A DNA stretch of 64,000 nucleotides, taken from NCBI GenBank assembly GCA_937876465.1, contig CALEHV010000043.1, positions 3,198 to 67,197 of the forward strand. The letters are read 5' to 3'. A program made the translations under genes and the position numbers. The stretch is from an uncultured Bacillota bacterium. GTDB lineage: Bacteria; Bacillota_I; Bacilli_A; RFN20; CAG-826. This document shows positions 56,400 to 64,000 of this stretch, in pieces. The first letter of the stretch is position 1; each line of letters starts with the position of its first letter. The notes below the pieces were generated by a model. The model had not been told where the DNA came from, ran no database searches, and saw only the letters and a program-made list of their open reading frames with translations.

Positions 56400-56490
56400 T
56401 GGCGGAGGATAAGAGATTTGAACTCTTGCGCCCCTTTCAGAGCCTATAAGCTTTCCAAGCCTACCCCTTCAGCCTCTTGGGTAATCCTCC
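56400..56490 (-). tRNA. tRNA-Ser (anticodon GGA), type II with long variable arm, CCA encoded
   Basis: Manual fold of the reverse complement. Acceptor GGAGGAT/ATCCTCC, D stem CCC/GGG, anticodon stem TAGGC/GCTTA with loop TTGGAAA, long variable arm, T arm AAGAG-TTCAAAT-CTCTT, discriminator G plus CCA. Confidence 0.85.
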
Positions 56491-56502
56491 GCAGCAAGTT
56501 AA

Positions 56503-56531
56503 ATTATATGTGTATTTAATGTTTATTACAA
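56503..56531 (-). promoter_or_regulatory. Candidate promoter for tRNA-Ser
   Basis: Minus strand: TTGTAA (56531-56526), 17-nt spacer, TATAAT (56508-56503). This places the transcription start a few nt before the tRNA 5' end. Confidence 0.45.
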
Positions 56532-56553
56532 ATTAAATATAATTATATTTGCT

Positions 56554-57516
56554 ATGGTGGAAGTTAAAGTTTCTTTAAAAGAAGAAAATCAACGTATAGA
56601 TAAATATGTTCGTAAATATTTAAACGAAGCTCCTCTTAGTTTTATTTATAAACTTTTTCGTAAAAAAGACATTAAAGTAAATGGACATTGGGTTAAACAA
56701 GATTATGTAGTTAAGCAAGATGAAATTGTTTCTATTTATGTTACCGATGATCAACTAAAAGAATTTTCTAAACCTAAAGAATTAGAAAAGGCAAATCTAA
56801 AATATGAAATCATCTTTGAAGACGAAAACATATTAATTATTAATAAACCACGCGGACTTTTAGTCCATGGAGATTCATCAGAGAAACGTTTAACACTTTC
56901 TAATGAAGTTTTAAATTACCTTTATTTTAAAGGTGAATATAATCCAAGAAACGATCATGGATTTATTCCTGGTCCTGCACATAGATTAGATAGAAATACT
57001 TCAGGATTAGTTGTATTTGGAAAAAACTTACCTGCATTACAGTCATTAGAAGATTTATTTAAAGATAAGACCGAAATTCAAAAAACTTATCAAGCCTTAG
57101 TATACGGCCGTTTAGATAAATATACTGAAATAGACTTACCTTTATTAAAAGACCCGAATACGGGGCTTGTAAAGGTGGCTAAAATGAGAGATGGTGCAAA
57201 GAGTGCTCTCTCAAAAGTTACTCCTATTAAGCATTATTCAAAATATACATTGGTGGAAGTTAACTTAGTTACAGGAAGAACTCATCAAATAAGAGTTCAT
57301 CTTTCTAGTATTGGTTATCCAATTGTAGGTGATGGAAAATACGGAAACTTCGAACTTAATAGAATATTCAAAGAGCAATATAGATTTGAAAATCAATTTT
57401 TACATGCTAAGAGTATTGAATTTAAAGAAATAAAAGGACCACTTTCATATTTAAGTGGTCGTGTATTCTCTTCTTCTCTTCCAAAGGAAGAATTAGAGAT
57501 TTTGAAAAAGATTTAG
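56554..57516 (+). CDS. rluD: RluA/RluD-family 23S rRNA pseudouridine synthase with N-terminal S4 domain
   Basis: Motifs HRLDRNTSGLVVFGKN and GRTHQIRVHL. Confidence 0.85.
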   Translation: MVEVKVSLKEENQRIDKYVRKYLNEAPLSFIYKLFRKKDIKVNGHWVKQDYVVKQDEIVSIYVTDDQLKEFSKPKELEKANLKYEIIFEDENILIINKPRGLLVHGDSSEKRLTLSNEVLNYLYFKGEYNPRNDHGFIPGPAHRLDRNTSGLVVFGKNLPALQSLEDLFKDKTEIQKTYQALVYGRLDKYTEIDLPLLKDPNTGLVKVAKMRDGAKSALSKVTPIKHYSKYTLVEVNLVTGRTHQIRVHLSSIGYPIVGDGKYGNFELNRIFKEQYRFENQFLHAKSIEFKEIKGPLSYLSGRVFSSSLPKEELEILKKI

Positions 57517-58325
57517 ATTTTATCTTTTAAGAGTTTTTTAAGGGTAAAATAAATTCCGTTATGGTTATTATCTTTGGCAGATTCAATATCTGCTTTTTCT
57601 TTTAATTGAGGTTTACCATTTTTCATTGCAACAAATGTTCCACCTAACTCACATAATTCAATATCGTTGGTGGAGTCTCCAAAGGCAATGATGTTTTCTT
57701 TTTTAATATTGTAATGCTCGGCAATATATTTAACTGCAGAAGCTTTAGATGTTTTTTCATAGAACAATTCGAAATATGGATAACCTGTCCAGAATCTAGG
57801 TGATATATTTTCGTATTGTTCAACAATATTTACTATTTCTTCACGATTAGAGAACTCTTCTCCAGTTTGAACAATCATTGTCATAGGATCTTTATCAAGA
57901 GTTTCGTTTAGATCTCCGTAATGAAGTTGCATACTTTCATAGCAAAAGAATTTAGCAAGTCTTCCATCATCTTGATCAATCCATATTTCATCATTTGTTT
58001 CACACATAACGTTATGAATATATGGTTTTAATTTTATATATATTTCCTTGATTACTTCTTTAGGAAATTTAAATTCATATTGTGGATAGTTTTTATCTTT
58101 AGGATTAAAACAATTTGCTCCGTTATAACATACTATTGGAGTGTTTAATTTTAATTCATTATAGTAACGTTCCATTGAACGAAAAGGACGTCCGCTAGCA
58201 AGAACTACTACATGTCCTTTTTTATTTAACTTTTTTAAATAACATTTTGTAAGAAAAGAAATCTCCTTTTTGTCATTTAGGAGTGTTCCGTCTAAATCAA
58301 ATACAAGGAGATATCTTTCTTTCAT
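57513..58325 (-). CDS. Cof-type HAD-IIB phosphatase
   Basis: LLVFDLDGTLLND, ASGRP and AFGDSTNDIEL motifs. Confidence 0.8.
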   Translation of the reverse strand: MKERYLLVFDLDGTLLNDKKEISFLTKCYLKKLNKKGHVVVLASGRPFRSMERYYNELKLNTPIVCYNGANCFNPKDKNYPQYEFKFPKEVIKEIYIKLKPYIHNVMCETNDEIWIDQDDGRLAKFFCYESMQLHYGDLNETLDKDPMTMIVQTGEEFSNREEIVNIVEQYENISPRFWTGYPYFELFYEKTSKASAVKYIAEHYNIKKENIIAFGDSTNDIELCELGGTFVAMKNGKPQLKEKADIESAKDNNHNGIYFTLKKLLKDKI

Positions 58326-59308
58326 TATTTTCTATATAAACCAATTGCTTTTTGTACTCTTTTTAATGCAATTGATGAGACTTCTGTAGCTTTTCGTGCG
58401 CCTTCTGCAAGGATTTTATCGATTTCGCCACTTGCAATAATTTGTTCATATCTTGCTTTAAATGGTTCCATTTCTGCAACAACTGCATCAGCAACTGCAC
58501 GTTTGAAATCTCCATATCCTTTGCCTTCAAATTCTTTCTCTATTTCTTCAAATGATTTACCGGTTAAAGATGACATAATTGTCATTAAATTTGAGATGCC
58601 AGGTTTGTTTTCAACATCATATTTAATTTCGTGTCCCATATCTGTGACAGCGGACATAATTTTCTTTCTCATAACTTCAAGAGAATCACTTAAATAGATG
58701 TCACCTTTTGGATCAGATTTAGACATCTTCTTTGATGGGTCACTTAAAGACATAATACGTGCGCCAACTTTGACCATTTCTGCTTTTGGCATGACAAGTG
58801 TATCGCCGTATCTATGATTGAATCTTTTAACAAGATCACGAGCTAATTCAACATGTTGGACTTGGTCTTCGCCAACAGGAATGCGTTTTGCATCGTAAAT
58901 AACAATATCAGCAGCCATTAATACTGGGTAGGCAAATAAACCTAAGCCAATAGCTTCTTCTTTCATCTTTTGAGATTTATCTTTGAATTGGGTCATTCTT
59001 GAAAGTTCACCCATATAAAGATAGTTTTGGAAGATGATTGCGAGTTCACTATGGGTAGATACATCACTTTGTAAGAAAATAGTGGTGTGTTTTGGATCAA
59101 GACCTGCTGCTAAGTAATATGCTGCAATATCTTGTGAATTTTTTCTTAATACTTCTGGGTCAATTGGAAGAGTTAAAGCATGTAAGTCTGCAATAAAAAG
59201 GAATGTTTCTCCTTCATATTGAACCTTACAGAAATTCTTTAATGCTCCAATATAGTTTCCTAATGTTAATTGACCAGTTGGTTTAATTCCGCTTAATATA
59301 CGATCCAT
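58325..59308 (-). CDS. trpS: Tryptophan--tRNA ligase
   Basis: SGIKPTGQLTLGNYIGAL (HIGH-region equivalent) and KMSKS motifs. 327 aa. Confidence 0.92.
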   Translation of the reverse strand: MDRILSGIKPTGQLTLGNYIGALKNFCKVQYEGETFLFIADLHALTLPIDPEVLRKNSQDIAAYYLAAGLDPKHTTIFLQSDVSTHSELAIIFQNYLYMGELSRMTQFKDKSQKMKEEAIGLGLFAYPVLMAADIVIYDAKRIPVGEDQVQHVELARDLVKRFNHRYGDTLVMPKAEMVKVGARIMSLSDPSKKMSKSDPKGDIYLSDSLEVMRKKIMSAVTDMGHEIKYDVENKPGISNLMTIMSSLTGKSFEEIEKEFEGKGYGDFKRAVADAVVAEMEPFKARYEQIIASGEIDKILAEGARKATEVSSIALKRVQKAIGLYRK

Positions 59309-59414
59309 TGTTTTTTACCTCAAAACTAATATGTATTATATCTAAACTTATAAAAAAGTGTCAATTTAACAAGGTTATATTGACTTCGAACAAATAAAAT
59401 AAAATAATAAAAAC

Positions 59415-59852
59415 ATGATTACAATTTATGTTTCTCCAAGCTGTTCTTCTTGTCGCAAAGTCAAGAAATGGTTTGATGAACAACAAATTCCATATAAAGA
59501 GAAGAATATTTTTACTGCAGATTTAAAAGCAGATGAATTGAAAGATATTTTGATTAAAACTGAAAATGGAACTGAAGACATAATTGCAACTAAATCAAAA
59601 ATCATGAAAGAGAACAAAGTTAATATAGACGATATGAAAATATCGGAGATGATTGACTTCGTTCGTAAAAATCCTTCTGTATTAAAGCGTCCAATTATTG
59701 TTGATGATTCCAAAGATTCTATCCAAGTTGGATATAATCCAGACGATATTACTTTATTTATTCCTCCTGCAAGAAAACTTGTAACAATTCCTTGTACAGG
59801 AAATTGCGAAGATAAACTTAAAAAAGAAGCTAAATTTGAAAATAAAAAATAG
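59415..59852 (+). CDS. spx: Spx/ArsC-family redox-sensing transcriptional regulator
   Basis: N-terminal CSSC (CxxC) in MITIYVSPSCSSCRKVKKWF, and LKRPII motif. Confidence 0.8.
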   Translation: MITIYVSPSCSSCRKVKKWFDEQQIPYKEKNIFTADLKADELKDILIKTENGTEDIIATKSKIMKENKVNIDDMKISEMIDFVRKNPSVLKRPIIVDDSKDSIQVGYNPDDITLFIPPARKLVTIPCTGNCEDKLKKEAKFENKK

Positions 59853-59854
59853 CC

Positions 59855-60412
59855 TTATAGGCTATCCTTTACTCTTTTAAGCTTTGTAACGGTGTTCCAT
59901 GTAAATTGGACACCTTTTTCTTTTAGAAAAGTTTCAAGAATTTCTTTTGCTTGTTTGATTGAACAATCTTCTGCTTCAACTTCATAATCAGTAAGCTTGT
60001 TATATTCGCTTTTATCTATAGATATTAAGGAGGTTTTATAACGTAAATCAGAACGTGTACATTTTAGTGTAGCAAATATTTTTAAAGACTTTATATCAAT
60101 ATGATGAACTAATAGTTCATCTTTAACTTCTCCTTCAGGAAATTTATTTAAATTAACAAAATTTTCAAATTCGCTTTTATCTATATTTTGATTAATTTCT
60201 TTTCTTCCTTCTGGTAAATCAACTTTAACTGTGAGTTCGTATTTATTAGAGGCTAAACGAATGCGTAAACCTAAATGCAACTTAGAAACAGAAAAATCAT
60301 TTGAATCAATGTAATAATTGACTTGGACATACTTGTCTAAGTCTTTTGTCAACAATTCATAAGCTGATTCGTTTATTAATGCTTTTGCTTCAATTTCAAT
60401 ATTAGTAGACAT
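59855..60412 (-). CDS. CYTH-domain protein (YjbK-like triphosphatase)
   Basis: N-terminal EIEAKA (ExExK) motif. 185 aa. Confidence 0.7.
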   Translation of the reverse strand: MSTNIEIEAKALINESAYELLTKDLDKYVQVNYYIDSNDFSVSKLHLGLRIRLASNKYELTVKVDLPEGRKEINQNIDKSEFENFVNLNKFPEGEVKDELLVHHIDIKSLKIFATLKCTRSDLRYKTSLISIDKSEYNKLTDYEVEAEDCSIKQAKEILETFLKEKGVQFTWNTVTKLKRVKDSL

Positions 60413-60442
60413 AAGTTTCCTAGATTATGATAACATAATCAT

Positions 60443-60859
60443 ATGCATAGTTTATTAAATTACGTTTTATTTGCAGAAGGTGAAGTTGATCTCACCTGGC
60501 TTTTTATAGTTTTAGCATGCTTAGCGGGTGCAGCATTCTTAACAGTTTTAATTTTATTTTTCATAGCACTTAGCAAAAAAAGAAAAAACGAATACGCAAT
60601 TCATTATGAATCAAAACCAATAAAGGTTTCTAACCAAGATGATAAATCACTTAGCTTTATTAAGGGCTTAGGCGGACAAGAAAACATCGTAGAACATCAA
60701 ATGGTGGGTCATAGAATGAGTTTTGTTCTACAAGATTATTCTTTGATTAAAGAACAACAACTCAAAGAGTTGGGTGTTGAATCAATCATAAAAATGTCAA
60801 ATAAAATCATCCTCGTAGTCAAGGATGATTTATGCAAACTTTATAAGAAGTTATTTTAG
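60443..60859 (+). CDS. Membrane-anchored protein with a PTS EIIB-like domain lacking the catalytic Cys
   Basis: TM helix WLFIVLACLAGAAFLTVLILFFIAL. LSFIKGLGGQENIVEHQMVGHRMSFVL aligns to the EIIB pattern LGG.eNI...C.TRLR, with no Cys at that position. Confidence 0.5.
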   Translation: MHSLLNYVLFAEGEVDLTWLFIVLACLAGAAFLTVLILFFIALSKKRKNEYAIHYESKPIKVSNQDDKSLSFIKGLGGQENIVEHQMVGHRMSFVLQDYSLIKEQQLKELGVESIIKMSNKIILVVKDDLCKLYKKLF

Positions 60860-61401
60860 TCGTTGAAGCAGTGAGCTTTGATATCTTCAGTTGGGAAGCC
60901 AATGACGTTATCCATACTACCTTCAATATGATTAACTAAATCGAATTCCTTATCTTGAATGCCATAGGCACCAGCTTTATCCATTGGTGATCCAGTAGCA
61001 ATATATCTATCGATTAAGTCATCAGAAAGAACATTGAAATAAACATATGTTCTAACAGTTCTGGTGATTTCTTTTTCTTTAGAAATGTATGTATATCCAG
61101 AGATAACAACATGTCTTTTTCCTGATAATTTACGAAGCATCTCTTTTGCTTTTTCTTTTGAGTGAGGTTTTCCCATTAATTCACCATCAAGAATAACAAC
61201 TGTATCGCAAGCGATAACTGTATCATTTGGATACTTTGCAGAAATTGCATATGCTTTCATTTTTGAAAGTTGACCTGGGAGTTCGTGTGGTGGAACATGC
61301 AAAGATTCTTCATCGATATCTGCAGGCATAACTGTGAAATCATTTGTAAGTTTTTTAATTAATTCTCTTCTTCTAGGAGATTGACTAGCCAAAATAATCA
61401 T
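60856..61401 (-). CDS. maf: Maf-family nucleoside triphosphate pyrophosphatase
   Basis: Preferred start MIILASQSPRRRELI at 61401, directly after the rnj stop. AYGIQ motif. Confidence 0.85.
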   Translation of the reverse strand: MIILASQSPRRRELIKKLTNDFTVMPADIDEESLHVPPHELPGQLSKMKAYAISAKYPNDTVIACDTVVILDGELMGKPHSKEKAKEMLRKLSGKRHVVISGYTYISKEKEITRTVRTYVYFNVLSDDLIDRYIATGSPMDKAGAYGIQDKEFDLVNHIEGSMDNVIGFPTEDIKAHCFND

Positions 61402-61402
61402 T

Positions 61403-63070
61403 TTAATTCTTGTCCATAACCACTGGTACAACCACTGGTTCCCTTTCTGTTTTAATCTTAATAAATCTTCCAATCTCGGAACGAATCATGTTCTTAATTT
61501 GGTTGAAGGTTGTATGTGTTGAAATAAGTTCATCTAACTTATTAGAAACAATTGTTTTAATCTCTTCGACAATTTTATTGTCGTTGAACATAAATGCTTT
61601 GGTAAATACTATTGGTGGAACTATAACTTTTCCTGCTTTTGAATCAATACCTACAACAATTGTTATTAAACCGTGTTCTTTCATGATTTCACGATCTCTA
61701 ATAACTGCAGAATCGAGGCCATTAATGTCTCTTCCATCAATAAATACTGGTTCAACATTGAATTTACCAACATGTTTTACTTCATGGTGATAAAGTTGAA
61801 TGACATCTCCATTATCCATAACAAATATGTGATTTGAAGGTATACCAACAGATTGAGCTATTTGACCATGAATCTTTAACATACGATACTCGCCGTGGAT
61901 TGGCATAAAGTATTTTGGATTGATAAGTTTGAGCATAATACGTAGCTCTTGTTTACTTGGGTGACCTGAAGAGTGAACAGAGTAGATTGCTCCGTTTGTA
62001 ACAACATCAGCGCCTTTTCTTGAGAGTTGGTTAACAACTCTATCAATGAATATTCCGTTTCCTGGAATTGCACTTGCTGAGAATACAACTGTGTCACCAG
62101 GAATAATCTTCATATCTTTATGTTCATCATTAGCAATACGTGTTAATGCTGCCATTGATTCACCTTGAGAACCGGTACACAAAATACAAAGTTCATTTGG
62201 CTTATGTTGCTTAATAGCAGATATATCAATGATTCTATCTTCAGGAATTAATACATATCCAAAGTCTCTTGCAAGTTGTATGACTTTTTCCATGCTTCTT
62301 CCAACAATAGATATATATCTATTATGTTTTAAAGCAACTTGAACAACTTGTTGAATACGAGAAATATTTGAAGAGAATGTTGCAAGAATAACTCTACCTG
62401 AAGCAGCATCAAAAATTTCTTCAATTGAATGTAAAACAGATTTTTCACTTGCGGTATAGCCTTCGCTTTCAGCATTTGTTGAGTCACTTAATAAAAGATC
62501 AACACCTTCAGCGCCTGTTTTAGCAATCTTAGATAATTCGATTTCTTCTCCAACTGGAGTAAGGTCAATTTTGAAGTCTCCTGTATGAACAATTCTTCCC
62601 TGAGGAGTGTCAACAATTACGCCATATGCATCTGGAATTGAGTGAGTTACATAGAAGAAAGATACTTTAAATTCGCCGCCATTAATATCAATAACTGAAT
62701 CACTTTCGTATTCTACGATTGTGACAGTTTCTCTAATTCTCATATCAGCTAATTTATTCTTGATTAAAGCTGCTGCTAATCTAGGAGCATAAATTACTGG
62801 AATATGTAAACTTTGTACTAAAAAAGGAATTCCCCCAATATGGTCTTCGTGACCGTGGGTGATAAATAAGGCTTTAACTTTTTGCCTTGATGATTTTAAT
62901 TTTGTGTAATCAGGAATTACATAACTTACGCCCGGAGTATCTGCTTCAGGGAACATAACACCTGCATCGATGATGATTATTGATTCATCAGACTCGATAC
63001 AATATGTGTTTTTTCCGACTTCACAGAGTCCGCCAAGAGCATAAATAGAAATTGGCGAATTTTCTGACAT
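61403..63070 (-). CDS. rnj: Ribonuclease J (metallo-beta-lactamase / beta-CASP)
   Basis: SD GGAGG. FITHGHEDHIGG motif. 555 aa with beta-CASP layout. Confidence 0.92.
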   Translation of the reverse strand: MSENSPISIYALGGLCEVGKNTYCIESDESIIIIDAGVMFPEADTPGVSYVIPDYTKLKSSRQKVKALFITHGHEDHIGGIPFLVQSLHIPVIYAPRLAAALIKNKLADMRIRETVTIVEYESDSVIDINGGEFKVSFFYVTHSIPDAYGVIVDTPQGRIVHTGDFKIDLTPVGEEIELSKIAKTGAEGVDLLLSDSTNAESEGYTASEKSVLHSIEEIFDAASGRVILATFSSNISRIQQVVQVALKHNRYISIVGRSMEKVIQLARDFGYVLIPEDRIIDISAIKQHKPNELCILCTGSQGESMAALTRIANDEHKDMKIIPGDTVVFSASAIPGNGIFIDRVVNQLSRKGADVVTNGAIYSVHSSGHPSKQELRIMLKLINPKYFMPIHGEYRMLKIHGQIAQSVGIPSNHIFVMDNGDVIQLYHHEVKHVGKFNVEPVFIDGRDINGLDSAVIRDREIMKEHGLITIVVGIDSKAGKVIVPPIVFTKAFMFNDNKIVEEIKTIVSNKLDELISTHTTFNQIKNMIRSEIGRFIKIKTEREPVVVPVVMDKN

Positions 63071-63164
63071 CTTCTTGCCTCCAAATATTTGCGAATTATC
63101 TTCGTATGTTTAAAGCAACGACATTATAAACGTATTGTTTATATATAGTCAAGAATTAGAAAAA

Positions 63165-63851
63165 TTAATCGCTTATCAATAAGCGAATCTTTTTGAATTC
63201 TTCTTTATCTTGAACTTCGATTCTAAGTGAATCGCAAATCTTCTGAATTGTCTTTCTTGTTAAAGTAGGATTTTGCTTTGCAATATTTCTAAGCAAAGCC
63301 ATAACCTCATCTTTATGAGTGATGGCAAGAGTAGCTAAAAGCCAAGCCTCAGCCATTAATACATAATAACGTTGGTCATCATCAATCATTTCTAAGTAAT
63401 TTTTAACGTCATTTTCTTGATAAAATTTCATTGCGATAATATACGCAAATCTTTTTTCATATTCGAAATTACTTTTTGACCATTTTTTAATGTGCTTATC
63501 AACTAAATTTCTATCTAATTTTTTAAGTGATTGTTGAATTGTATCTGTAATTGCCCAACTCTTTGCAAAACGAACTTTTTTGTCTAAGAAATCTAGTTGG
63601 TCTTCTAAAGTTTTTATCTTTTTTAAAGATAATACAAAGTAAATTGTCGTTAATTCAACACTTTCATCTAAAGGAAAATTATCTAGTCTTAATTCCTCAT
63701 TATTTTGGTATTTTTTAATTACTTCATTAACATGTGGCTTTTTGATATAAGCAGTCTTTAAATCAGGACCAAACATGTTGGTGTATTTAAGACTTTTAAA
63801 ATCAAAATTTTTGCCGTATAAATCTTGTTTAAGTTGAGCAAGTATGTCCAT
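63165..63851 (-). CDS. DNA alkylation repair (AlkD-like HEAT repeat) family protein
   Basis: All-helical repeat protein. YYVLMAEAWLLATLAI resembles the DNA_alkylation family. ATG 63851 overlaps the def stop (TAATG). Confidence 0.5.
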   Translation of the reverse strand: MDILAQLKQDLYGKNFDFKSLKYTNMFGPDLKTAYIKKPHVNEVIKKYQNNEELRLDNFPLDESVELTTIYFVLSLKKIKTLEDQLDFLDKKVRFAKSWAITDTIQQSLKKLDRNLVDKHIKKWSKSNFEYEKRFAYIIAMKFYQENDVKNYLEMIDDDQRYYVLMAEAWLLATLAITHKDEVMALLRNIAKQNPTLTRKTIQKICDSLRIEVQDKEEFKKIRLLISD

Positions 63852-64000
63852 TAAATGCAAACTGCTCCTTCAAGAATTTTGAATGGATTCTTTTTATCAA
63901 TATGATCGTAGAATAAAATCCCACTTAAATGGTCTATTTCGTGTTGTAAAACAATAGCCTCATAACCATATGCGGTTATAATAACTTCTTTTTCTTGTTT
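63851..64000 (-). CDS. def: Peptide deformylase, C-terminal part (5' end outside the window)
   Basis: Reverse translation gives ...[24 protein letters not shown]..., which contains the HEIDH metal-binding motif. Stop at 63851-63853. Confidence 0.8.
   Translation of the reverse strand, partial: KQEKEVIITAYGYEAIVLQHEIDHLSGILFYDHIDKKNPFKILEGAVCI

Noticed and set aside
59309-59414. A possible T-box leader upstream of trpS.
   Set aside because: The intergenic region is only 106 nt and is shared with the divergent spx promoter. That is too short for a T-box, and I could not see a specifier or T-box sequence.
59849-59865. A short hairpin (ATAGCC ttata GGCTAT) between the convergent spx and CYTH genes, considered as a bidirectional terminator.
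   Set aside because: The stem is only 6 bp and overlaps the stop codons of both genes. It is too weak to call.
61410-62097. ORFs 61410-61790 (plus strand) and 61876-62097 (minus strand, off-frame) inside rnj.
   Set aside because: They are embedded in the highly conserved RNase J coding sequence and are shadow frames.
1-64000. Alternative genetic code (TGA read as Trp, as in Mycoplasma/Spiroplasma), considered because of the low GC content and the lipoprotein-rich content.
   Set aside because: TGA terminates several genes exactly where the next gene starts (5032-5034, 14113-14115, 23278-23280, 36796-36798, 50144-50146). Conserved proteins have normal lengths under code 11.
1-64000. CRISPR arrays, rRNA genes, complete IS elements or a prophage.
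   Set aside because: I saw no regularly spaced short repeats, no rRNA-like sequence, no transposase ORF and no phage structural genes. Only recombinase genes or remnants are present.

Overview
This is a low-GC (about 30%) chromosome segment that looks like Bacillota or a wall-less relative. It uses the standard genetic code: TGA ends several well-defined genes, for example at 5032-5034 and 14113-14115. I read four blocks.

(1) 1-18460: one plus-strand starch/maltodextrin utilisation operon. It holds MalF/MalG-type permeases, an unusually long MalK-type ATPase, seven consecutive predicted lipoproteins (including a GH13 alpha-amylase, a type I pullulanase and Big_2-repeat proteins) and a GH77 MalQ.

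(2) 18583-29245: a surface glycan / teichoic-acid-like cluster. It holds TagD, LicD, a fused Wzx-Wzy membrane protein and several glycosyltransferases. It ends in a decayed GT4 gene, with an AbiH-like gene inserted just before that remnant.

(3) About 27.5-56.4 kb: a mosaic defence/accessory island abutting the 3' end of tRNA-Ser(GGA). Contents:
- AbiH.
- An RloC/PrrC-like AAA_13 ATPase, plus a second, decayed copy.
- An AIPR protein with a cold-shock-like tail.
- An AbiL/PARIS-like ATPase plus RloB-like pair.
- A secreted toxin-like protein with a candidate immunity protein.
- A tandem dead/live AAA_14-DUF4143 pair.
- A tyrosine integrase.
- A pentapeptide-repeat protein convergent with an ATP-grasp unit.
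- A type II Thoeris-like pair (TM-Macro ThsA plus TIR-like ThsB) co-operonic with a DUF4365 protein and a small unknown protein.
- A radical-SAM/SPASM RiPP cluster with a 30-aa Cys-rich precursor.
- Several gene remnants, and a 301-bp direct repeat bracketing 12.3 kb.

(4) 56.5-64 kb: housekeeping genes (rluD-like, Cof phosphatase, trpS, spx, CYTH, maf, rnj, AlkD-like, def).

No rRNA genes or CRISPR arrays were seen. All family assignments rest on motifs read by eye from the translations, and none was confirmed by a search.
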